Positions 1-8,049 of a stretch of 64,000 nucleotides of DNA are shown piece by piece. A program made the translations under genes and the position numbers. This stretch comes from Clostridia bacterium (GTDB lineage: Bacteria; Bacillota; DTU086). The stretch is from positions 128 to 64,127 of the forward strand of contig JAAYIF010000025.1 in NCBI GenBank assembly GCA_012523575.1. Reading direction: 5' to 3'. The notes under the pieces were generated by a model that saw only the letters and a program-made list of their open reading frames with translations, was not told the origin of the DNA and searched no databases. Numbering within the stretch: the first letter of the stretch is position 1; each line of letters opens with the position of its first letter.

Positions 1-19
1 GCCTCCCAGGCAGATCATA

Positions 20-1576
20 CTAACCTTTATCGTCAAGGCGCTTAACATCCTGAGGGCTTAAACCCTGGGGACGTTTATGCATTGATTGAAGGGGAAAGCG
101 TATCATAACATCCCTTAAATCCCCGGTTCTTAAGGGAGCAAAGGGTTCAAGATAACCCATACCGAAACTTTTTAGGGTTGCCAGATGGCCGATTAATAAA
201 AGTAAGCCAAGCATAATACCATAGATACCCAAAACGGCAGCCAGAAACATAAACAAAAAGCGCACCTGGCGAATGGCCACACCAAAACTGAAGGTGGGAA
301 CCGCAAAGGCAGAGATGGCCGTAAGGGCCACTATGATAACCATGATGGGGCTTACGATATTTGCCTGAACCGCTGCTGTTCCCACTATGAGCCCTCCGAC
401 AATGCCGATGGTCTGATTTATTGGTCCGGGCAACCTCGCCCCCGCTTCCCTTAAAAGCTCCAGGCTCAATTCCATCAAAAATGCCTCCACAAAGGCAGGA
501 AAGGGCACATTTTCCCTGGTGGCCGCAATGGACAGGGCCAGGCCCGTGGGAAGCATTTCCGGATGATAAGATGTTAAAGCGATGTAGAGCCCCGGAAGCA
601 GCAGGGCTATAAAGTTTGCCCCGAAACGAATCAAGCGCAAAAAGGAGCCCGCTGACCAGCGGAGGTATGCGTCTTCCGGGGAAACCATGAACATGTTTAT
701 ATTGGTCGGCACAATTAAAGCAAAGGGGGAGTTGTCTACCAAAATAGCCACTCTCCCCTCAGCAACGCTGGCAGCAACTGTATCCGGCCTTTCGGTTTCT
801 TGAACCGTGGGAAAAATGGACCACCATCTGTCTTCAATAAAATGGGAAATGTAAGCACTGTCCATGACAACATCTATATCTATTTTCTCAAGCCTCTTTT
901 TTACCTCATCCACCAAAGCCGGGTTGGCAACGTCCTGTATATAAATCAGCGCAACTTCAGTTTTGCTCCTTCTGCCAATCTGGATAGTAATAACCCTGAG
1001 ATTAGGGTCCCTAATCCTTCTCCGAATAAGAGTCGTATTGACCCGAAGGGTTTCGGTAAACCCGTCCCTGGGGCCCCTGATAACCTTTTCAATGTCAGGC
1101 TCTGTAATATTTCTTTTCTCCCACCCTTTGGTATTCAGCATAAGGGCCCTGGGGTGTCCGTCCACAAGGACTGCGGAAATCCCGATAAGGAACTGCGACA
1201 CCAGCACATCAAAATCCTCAGCCTCGCTAATTTCTCCAATGGGAACAGAATTTTCCTTAATTTTTAGGAAAAGCTCCTTTGGGGTAAATTTCTTGTTCGG
1301 CTTTACTTGACGAATGCCCAATAGAAGAGGCTTTAATATAAAATCGTTTACCATTTGGCCTTTGGCCATTCCCTCCAAATACAAAACCGCCGCTTAAATA
1401 CCCCCGATTTTAACTCTCCTTATAATAACATCATTGCTTTCCCCAAGGATTTGGCGGAATATTTTAATATTTTCCTCCAAACTATCCCGGATTTTTACTT
1501 TCCCTAAATTGCCCGTAGGTAGTTTATTGGCATTTCTGCTCTTTTTTTTAAGCTGTCCAATAATCTTTCGAAGCAT
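20..1576 (-). pseudogene. GerA-family (GerAA/GerKA-type) spore germination receptor subunit interrupted by one in-frame TAA
   Basis: ORFs 1394..1576 and 20..1384 share a frame: ...ATT TAA GCG GCG GTT TTG (I*AAVLYLEGM), TAA at 1396-1394. GerA motifs: EPDIEKVIRGPRDGFTE, ERPDTVAASVAEGRVAILVDNSP, ELLREAGARLP. Confidence 0.85.
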
Positions 1577-1669
1577 AATTATATCTCTTACCCACCCGGC
1601 TTTTACTTTTGTTTATTTAGTTTTCAACTCCGGAATATAAATTATTCCCAGACAAAAATATAGCTATTT

Positions 1670-2212
1670 CTAACTTCCCCCTAACCCGGCATCAAAAACC
1701 CTTGAAACGGCTTGTGCAGCAATGGAAGCCACAATCACCTTCACCATATCCCCGGGAAGAAAAATCAGCGCCCCTTCAATGAAAGCCGTTTTAATGTCCA
1801 GACCCTGCTGTACGGCCAGCCACGGCACCCCCACAGCGTAAACTACAGCTATACCCCCCACAATATTTGCAATAATGTAAAGGAGTAAGTTCTTATTACG
1901 CCGGCATTCCACAATCTTTCCAATAACATAAGCCGCAACGGGCCAGCTCAAAATATACCCCCCAGTGGGACCCAATATTATTCCCAGGCCCCCCCTCCCA
2001 CCGGACAGGACAGGTATCCCAGCCGCGGCAAGGAGGTCAAAAACAATAAGGCTTAAAGCTCCGGTCCTGCTCCCAAGGATGGAACCTGCCAGCATGGGTC
2101 CCATGCTCTGACCGGTAACGGGTACGGGATAAAGGGGTATTATGAGCAATCCCAATGCGGCGGTTACGGCAGCAAATAGTGCCGCATAAACCAACCTCCT
2201 TGTGTTAAGCAT
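1670..2212 (-). CDS. bioY: BioY biotin transporter (ECF S component)
   Basis: PVPVTGQS and GGRGGLGIILGPTGGYILSW motifs, hydrophobic 180 aa, BirA-like operator upstream. Confidence 0.9.
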   Translation of the reverse strand: MLNTRRLVYAALFAAVTAALGLLIIPLYPVPVTGQSMGPMLAGSILGSRTGALSLIVFDLLAAAGIPVLSGGRGGLGIILGPTGGYILSWPVAAYVIGKIVECRRNKNLLLYIIANIVGGIAVVYAVGVPWLAVQQGLDIKTAFIEGALIFLPGDMVKVIVASIAAQAVSRVFDAGLGGS

Positions 2213-2248
2213 GTAAAATCACTCCTTCAACGTAAAAGTTACATATTA

Positions 2249-2300
2249 AGTATATTTTCTTATGGTTTATATATCAACCATTTTTATATTTAGGTTGACA
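2249..2300 (-). promoter_or_regulatory. sigmaA promoter (TTGATA-17-TATACT) overlapped by a BirA-type operator
   Basis: Minus strand -35 at 2277-2272 and -10 at 2254-2249. Inverted repeat TATCAAC-N15-GTTGACA at 2272-2300 matches the Firmicute BirA box (TGTtAAC-N15/16-GTTaACA) with one deviation in the left arm. Confidence 0.7.
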
Positions 2301-2354
2301 ATTAATATACAAAGAAACCCTCGCCCGCAGAGGGAGGATTTAACCTTTAAAAAA

Positions 2355-3839
2355 TCAGTTTTCTCTTAAAAGTTTTTTCATAACTTTACCCGCGGCATTC
2401 TTGGGAAGACTATCCACAAATTCAATAACCCTGGGCATTTTATAATGCGCCAGCTTTCCCTTTAAAAAGGCCTGGATTTCTTTATCAGTGAGCTTCTCAC
2501 CCTCCACAGGGGCTATAAACGCCTTTGGCACTTCCCCCCTTAAAGGATCATTTACCCCCACCACCGCAGCCTCCGCTACTTTGGGATGGGCAAGAAGAAG
2601 CTCTTCAATTTCCCTGGGATAGACATTAAACCCTCCCATTATTATCAAGTCCTTTTTTCTGTCAACGATATAAATATAACCATCCTCATCCGCCATCGCC
2701 ATATCACCGGTGCGCAGCCAGCCATTTACAAATGCCTCCCGGGTAGCCTCTTCGTCATTGTAATAGCCCACCATTACATTTCCACCCTTCACCAGGATCT
2801 CCCCAATTTCTCCCCGGGGAACCTCATTTCCCTTTTCATCTCCGATAATGACCTCTACATCCGGAATGGGAAGCCCTATGGAGCCGGGTTTTTTAATACC
2901 GTAAATCGGGTTTACACAAACCACCGGTGAAGCTTCGGTCAATCCATACCCTTCAACAAAATTTACCGGAAACTTCTCAACAAAGGCTTTGTAAAGTTCC
3001 GCAGAAAGAGGTGCCCCACCGGAAACGGCAATTCTTAGGCTTTTAAAATGCTCCCCCTTTGCTTTCCTATAAAAAACAGCATACATGGGAGGAACCCCCA
3101 ATAGGAAAGTTACCCCTTCCCCCGCTATGGTCCTTATGGTTTCAGCGGGTTGGAAGCTCTCTAAAACTACCACCGTCCCCCCGCAGTACAAAGGCAGAAG
3201 AACGCACACGGTCCAGGCAAAACTGTGAAACATGGGAAGCACGCACAAAAATTTGTCATCCGGGGTAATATCCATTACCTTGGTTAATGAAATCACATTG
3301 CTGAAGAAATTTTTGTGAGTGAGCATGGCTCCCTTGGGTCTTCCCGTAGTGCCCGAAGTGTAGAGTATGGCAGACAAGGAGTCCTCCCCAAGTTCCGCCG
3401 AACTTACGGTATACCGTTCGGTTTGATAAATCTTCTTAAGAGTGCTTTCATCAAGAAGTATTATTTTTTTTAACCCCAGACCCCCAACGTCCGGGGAACC
3501 CACTTTTTCCAAAATCACCGGATGAACAATCAGGCTATTAGCCCCGCTGTTTCTGATAATATAGGCTATTTCTTCCAGGGTTAAAGTTAAGTTAAGAGGA
3601 ACGGCCACCGCCCCAATTCGGTTAATTGCCCAGTAAGAAAAAATAAATTCCGGGCTGTTGGGCGCTGTAAGGGCAACCCTGTCGCCCTCCTTAATTCCCA
3701 GGGATTTCAGATATCCGGCAAAGCGTTGTACCCGCTCCTCAAATTCTTCAAAGCTAATTTTTCTACCTCTGTGGCTGATGGCAATATCCTTTAACCTGCT
3801 GTTGGCAAGGTGCAAATTGTCTACACGCACAACCCCCAC
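2355..3839 (-). CDS. Long-chain fatty acid-CoA ligase (AMP-binding family)
   Basis: YTSGTTGRPKG, EGYGLTE, RTGD, DRKKDLI and GKV-K adenylation motifs. Confidence 0.9.
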   Translation of the reverse strand: MGVVRVDNLHLANSRLKDIAISHRGRKISFEEFEERVQRFAGYLKSLGIKEGDRVALTAPNSPEFIFSYWAINRIGAVAVPLNLTLTLEEIAYIIRNSGANSLIVHPVILEKVGSPDVGGLGLKKIILLDESTLKKIYQTERYTVSSAELGEDSLSAILYTSGTTGRPKGAMLTHKNFFSNVISLTKVMDITPDDKFLCVLPMFHSFAWTVCVLLPLYCGGTVVVLESFQPAETIRTIAGEGVTFLLGVPPMYAVFYRKAKGEHFKSLRIAVSGGAPLSAELYKAFVEKFPVNFVEGYGLTEASPVVCVNPIYGIKKPGSIGLPIPDVEVIIGDEKGNEVPRGEIGEILVKGGNVMVGYYNDEEATREAFVNGWLRTGDMAMADEDGYIYIVDRKKDLIIMGGFNVYPREIEELLLAHPKVAEAAVVGVNDPLRGEVPKAFIAPVEGEKLTDKEIQAFLKGKLAHYKMPRVIEFVDSLPKNAAGKVMKKLLREN

Positions 3840-4005
3840 TCCTTCTTTCTCCTATACTATTGCTGCCCTTTACAGTACTTGTTTTTTCTATATACATAAG
3901 GATATTTCCTTTTAACCATGAATTAATAGTTTTTGTTGCATTTTTTAAAAAGCTCTAACAGAAAATAATATAGAAAATCAAACCCTAAGGAGCGGTTAAC
4001 ACACC

Positions 4006-4992
4006 ATGATCTATTCAGATATTTTTAGTAATAGATCCAAATACCAAAAGTTTATAGGTACTGCTGAAGCATTTAGCTTATGGGACATGCTATCATCAAA
4101 ATATAATGCCCTTGAAAGAATGCAGATATGGGAAAACTATACCCACGACCGGGACCTGAAACACTTCCTTACTTCCTTGAGAAAATCCATGGAAAAACAC
4201 GTAAAAATAGTTGAGCAAAAGTCTCAGAAGTATGGCATCATGGGACCCGACGGCAGGTTTTCTGACATTCGGGCAGCAATTAATTCGGAAATTGTAAGGG
4301 ATGAGTTTATCGCCAGGGACCTTAAGGAATTCATTCAGGAGGATATACTTATGCTTGTTAAAGCCATCAGATCAAGCATCACCAATGATGATATAAGGGA
4401 AATGTGGACAAATATTTTTAAAGAAACTGTTAACACCATAAATGATTACATTAAATACCTGAAGTTGAAAGGCTGGATCAGTATTCCCCCTATTTACCCC
4501 CATTTGCCCTCGGTTATTAATGAAAAAATTGACGTGGGGGAAGCCTTTGCCCTTTGGGATCACCTGGCATTCAGGTACGATAATATTGAACTGACACAAC
4601 ATTTTTATTCCTTTGCATACGATTTTGATTTTAAATTTTTACTAAAAGAAGGTATTCAGGAAATCTTAAAAAAACAGGCCGAAATGCTTGAAAAAGAACT
4701 GAGGCACTTCAGCATACCTTTGCCCGTTAAACCTCCTAACGTGATGCCCAGCGTGGAAAAAACCGATCTTATATATGATGATAATATTTTCCGCCAGCTG
4801 TTTTTCGGCGTCCAGGGCGCCGTAATAGTTCACACCCATGCCTTTATAAAATCCACAACCAATGACCGCATAAGACAAATTTTTAAAGATCTGCTTATTT
4901 CAGAAATAAATATTCAAGAAAAATTAATTTTATTTGGCAAGATAAAGGGCTGGTTAAACCCAGCCCCCGAATACGGAGCTAAAATAAAATAA
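4006..4992 (+). CDS. DUF3231-family protein (tandem domains, sporulation-associated)
   Basis: Internally duplicated EAF(S/A)LWD...GW..PP.Y units. Confidence 0.7.
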   Translation: MIYSDIFSNRSKYQKFIGTAEAFSLWDMLSSKYNALERMQIWENYTHDRDLKHFLTSLRKSMEKHVKIVEQKSQKYGIMGPDGRFSDIRAAINSEIVRDEFIARDLKEFIQEDILMLVKAIRSSITNDDIREMWTNIFKETVNTINDYIKYLKLKGWISIPPIYPHLPSVINEKIDVGEAFALWDHLAFRYDNIELTQHFYSFAYDFDFKFLLKEGIQEILKKQAEMLEKELRHFSIPLPVKPPNVMPSVEKTDLIYDDNIFRQLFFGVQGAVIVHTHAFIKSTTNDRIRQIFKDLLISEINIQEKLILFGKIKGWLNPAPEYGAKIK

Positions 4993-5041
4993 AAAATCCC
5001 CAATAAGCGGTGGCTCATGGGGAGCAAAGAATGCTTGATTC

Positions 5042-5692
5042 TCATTTCTCATAAATTATCCCTTCTTCTCCCTTTCGGTATGGAATAGAATCCAAATAAT
5101 CCACAGAACCGATTGGTTCCTCTTCATCGGGCCATATATTGGGATATTTTTTCGAACCCGGAACATCCTGGGGTGTATCCGATGACCCGTATCTGGCCAC
5201 TTCCTGCCAGGCATCTTCCCCGTCATATATGGTCTGGTTTTCCCCACCTCCAAAATCCTGCTCAGTCTGAAAATTAAAGGGCGGGACTAGCACCTCTCCC
5301 TCCAGCGGCCTGTATGACCGATCCCCTTCATGGGATCGGGAGCTACAATCTTCGCAAGTAGTGGCTTGGGGCAATACCTCAAGCCTGTCCCGGGGTATTT
5401 CCTTACCACAGATAGAACAAATCCCATAAGTGCCCCTTTGGATGGCCTCAAGGGCTGCGTCTATCTTTTCAATTTGTCTTTTCGCGTTTTCCCGAAGAGA
5501 AAGATCTTTAGACCGCTCAAAAATTTCATCGCCAATATCGGCGGGATGGTTATCATATGTTGACAGCTCACCAATACTAAGGGATAACGGACTATCAAGT
5601 CCGTGGGATTCTATATGATTTATTAGATTTTGCATCTCTTTCCTTTTTTCGATTAATCTTCTTTCATATTCCCTAAGTTGAGCTTTGTCCAT
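5042..5692 (-). CDS. yteA: YteA-family TraR/DksA C4 zinc-finger sporulation protein
   Basis: ELSTYDNHPAD, CSIC...CEDC zinc finger, DGEDAWQEVARYGSS. Confidence 0.85.
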   Translation of the reverse strand: MDKAQLREYERRLIEKRKEMQNLINHIESHGLDSPLSLSIGELSTYDNHPADIGDEIFERSKDLSLRENAKRQIEKIDAALEAIQRGTYGICSICGKEIPRDRLEVLPQATTCEDCSSRSHEGDRSYRPLEGEVLVPPFNFQTEQDFGGGENQTIYDGEDAWQEVARYGSSDTPQDVPGSKKYPNIWPDEEEPIGSVDYLDSIPYRKGEEGIIYEK

Positions 5693-5817
5693 TTTTACAT
5701 CCTCCCAAATTTATTTGAAATTTTAGTTTCTTCCCTTATTATTTCTTTTTATTTATATTGCTTCACAAGAAAGTGCTGGTTTTTTAAATTATTTTCCAAT
5801 AATTTCTAATTTTGCTG

Positions 5818-5845
5818 CACTTTTCCTTTTATTGGAACATAAAAT
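5818..5845 (+). promoter_or_regulatory. Possible sigmaK-type promoter for the ymaF-like gene
   Basis: AC (5819-20), 17 nt, CATAAAAT (5838-45) resembles the sigmaK consensus; short motif, may be chance. Confidence 0.35.
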
Positions 5846-5882
5846 GTTATCGTAAAAAATTAATTATTGGAGGCGAACAAAT

Positions 5883-6398
5883 ATGAAACTTTCTATCAAG
5901 GATTTAAAAAAGTACTTTGATTTTGAAGAAGAAAATCAAACCCATAATCATGAGTTTCTGGGCAGCACAAAATTAGCTGCAGAAGATGCAAGATATTATG
6001 ATTATGATGATGAAAAGTGCTGTTATTATGATGATGAAGAAGAATTCGAATTCGAAGAAGAAAAAGAAAAAGATAAAAAGGGTAAAAAAGACAAAAAAGG
6101 AAAAGACAAAGATAAAAAAGATAGAGATGAAGAACATAATCATCGCTTTGCAGGGGTCACCAGTGGAGCTATTCCAAAGGGTCGCAGCCATGTCCATGCA
6201 ATATTGACCCGCACTGACTTCCATGAGGATCATTATCATAACATAGGCATATTAACCGGCCCTGCCATTGAAGTTGATAAGAATAGACACGTGCATTTTG
6301 TTAAAGGAGTAACCAGCTTTGATGATGGCCATAACCATGAATTCGTTTTTGCTACATTAATTGAGGATCCTACATCGCAACGCCGTAAACCTCTCTAA
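5883..6398 (+). CDS. YmaF-family His-rich protein with a low-complexity charged insert
   Basis: HNHEFLGST, HNHRFAGVT, HVH, DHYH, TGPAI and DGHNHEF motifs; a Y/C/D/E- then K/D-rich linker separates the first two motifs. Confidence 0.75.
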   Translation: MKLSIKDLKKYFDFEEENQTHNHEFLGSTKLAAEDARYYDYDDEKCCYYDDEEEFEFEEEKEKDKKGKKDKKGKDKDKKDRDEEHNHRFAGVTSGAIPKGRSHVHAILTRTDFHEDHYHNIGILTGPAIEVDKNRHVHFVKGVTSFDDGHNHEFVFATLIEDPTSQRRKPL

Positions 6399-6408
6399 AA
6401 TGTTAAAT

Positions 6409-6430
6409 GCGCTCGGATTTCCGAGCGCTT
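6409..6430. terminator. Hairpin terminator, left copy of a 22-bp direct repeat
   Basis: GCGCTCGGATTTCCGAGCGCTT, identical to 6698-6719. Confidence 0.75.
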
Positions 6431-6697
6431 CTGCTTGTTGACAAACGCTATCTGCTGCAGTTTTCTCACTCCAGAACTCACGCCGGACAGCTCTAGGCAA
6501 AGCTTAAAGGCAAAACCGGACCGCCCCAAATTCGGCATCCGTGCCTCGGGTTGGGGCTGGCGCCAACCTCCTGTTGGCGCCTCCCGGTTTTGCCTTACTC
6601 TTTGCCAAGAGCTGTTAGCCGGCGTTCGTTAAGTCGTTTCGCAAACTGCAGCAGATACCTCATGAGATTTGCTAAGGCAGTTTGTCTACAGTCTAAA
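6431..6697 (-). mobile_element. MITE-like nested-palindrome element, copy 1 (longest)
   Basis: Imperfect terminal IRs (GCTTGTTGACAAAC / GTTTGTCTACAGTC), inner IR ATCTGCTGCAGTTT / AAACTGCAGCAGAT, homology to 50377-50578, 57780-57957 and 59387-59477, and a 22-bp flanking duplication. Confidence 0.75.
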
Positions 6698-6722
6698 GCG
6701 CTCGGATTTCCGAGCGCTTTTT
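6695..6722. terminator. Bidirectional terminator, right copy of the duplicated hairpin
   Basis: AAAGCGCTCGGA-TT-TCCGAGCGCTTT followed by a T-run. Confidence 0.75.
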
Positions 6723-6904
6723 AATATTAACCTGAAAACTTATGTACTTCCTTAAATATCATTGACGCCAATATTGATAGACAGCTGTTAGATGTAAGAA
6801 AAAAGATATATGAAACGGGTTTGTGGAAAGTGGGAAATAGAAGGAAAATAAATAAAATAATGAAAGATATAATATAGCCGTTGATTCAGCAGGAGGCATC
6901 CTCT

Positions 6905-7732
6905 ATGCAGCCCCAAAATGAGCAGATCCCCATGGAACACCAAGAAAGCACCTTAAATCCTTTGAAACCACCCCTAAAATGGGCAGGCGGTAAAAGGTGG
7001 CTGGTTCCCCACCTCAAACCCCTATGGGAAAAGCACCGGCACAGAAGACTGGTTGAACCATTTTGCGGTGGACTGGCTGTAACTTTAGGGCTCATGCCAT
7101 CCAAAGCGCTGCTAAATGACATAAACCCCCATGTGATAAACTTTTTTCGCTGGCTCCAGCAGGGATTGGAAATTACATTGCCCATGCTCAATGACAGGGT
7201 TACCTACTACAAATACCGGGAACGATTTAATCAACTGATAGCTGAAGGAAAGGCCCATACAAAAGAAGCCGCTGAACTTTTTTATTATCTAAACCGTACT
7301 GGATATAATGGCCTTTGCCGCTTCAACAGCAGCGGCAAATTCAACGTTCCCTTTGGAAAATATAAACAGATAAATTATAAAACCGATTTTTCAGAATACA
7401 AAAGGATATTAAAGTACTGGAAATTTACATACGGGGATTTTGAAAATGTCCAACTAAAACCCGATGACTTTGTATATGCCGATCCCCCATACGACGTGGA
7501 ATTCACCCAGTACTCCAAGAAAGACTTTAAGTGGGAAGATCAGGTGCGCCTTGCCCAATGGCTGGCAGAACATAAAGGTCCCATTGTATTATCCAATCAA
7601 AAAACCCATAGGATAGTTAAATTATATAAAGAACTTGGATTTAAAATACATTATCTTAAAGCACCCAGAATGATAAGCTGTAACGGGAACAGAACCCCGG
7701 CAACAGAAGTTTTGGCTGTAAAGGGGATATAA
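6905..7732 (+). CDS. Dam-family N6-adenine DNA methyltransferase
   Basis: KWAGGK, EPFCGG (motif I), NRTGYNGLCRFN, DPPY (motif IV). ATG 6905 follows AGGAGG at 6891-96; the ORF track starts at 6881. Confidence 0.9.
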   Translation: MQPQNEQIPMEHQESTLNPLKPPLKWAGGKRWLVPHLKPLWEKHRHRRLVEPFCGGLAVTLGLMPSKALLNDINPHVINFFRWLQQGLEITLPMLNDRVTYYKYRERFNQLIAEGKAHTKEAAELFYYLNRTGYNGLCRFNSSGKFNVPFGKYKQINYKTDFSEYKRILKYWKFTYGDFENVQLKPDDFVYADPPYDVEFTQYSKKDFKWEDQVRLAQWLAEHKGPIVLSNQKTHRIVKLYKELGFKIHYLKAPRMISCNGNRTPATEVLAVKGI

Positions 7733-7886
7733 ATTACAGCATTTTTCGGGAAAGCAGCAGTAAAGAAAAAAATTCCAGAGAAATCGTCGGGTAGTTCTAG
7801 TGTTGGTCGGGGAAACTGTAATGGCAGGAAAACCTGGATAGGAGGCGAAATAAAAAAATTGGAACAATAAGACAATGTGAGGGAAG

Positions 7887-8040
7887 ATGCGTTTTACCCC
7901 TGGCTTGAAACCCGGCGAAACCATCAATAACCAACGCCTAACTGAAAAGTTTTCCCGTATTTGCCAGGGTGACTTGCAGAGCTTCCACCAAACCAATGCT
8001 TTAGCCATTGTATCTGACCATACCCGCCGGGTTAATTGGA
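7887..8040 (+). pseudogene. 5' remnant of a probable SRA-like/HNH endonuclease
   Basis: MRFTPGLKPGETINNQRL...QG...TNALAIVSDHT resembles, from memory, the N-terminus of Firmicute HNH nucleases (PGL..G..I.N..L...F....QGGMRRS..TN.LV.VSDHT); the similarity stops just before hsdM. Confidence 0.45.
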
Positions 8041-8049
8041 GGAAGAATC

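Noticed and set aside
1-48. Start of a following ger gene (MLSALTIKVSMICLGG..., possible lipobox)
   Set aside because: Only 16 codons before the window edge; cannot be supported.
3901-5800. sigmaF/sigmaG promoters for DUF3231 and yteA
   Set aside because: Only partial matches in AT-rich sequence; not distinguishable from chance.
6435-6632. 65-aa ORF, plus ORFs 57655..57888, 57816..58010, 57856..58044 and 57891..58124
   Set aside because: They lie within or across the palindromic elements, have no RBS and no protein-like motif; chance ORFs.
6721-6880. Left attachment-site duplicate of the ssrA 3' end
   Set aside because: Only weak resemblance (TTGTGGA) to the right junction and no convincing direct repeat. 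Serine-integrase cores are short, so the left boundary remains unresolved.
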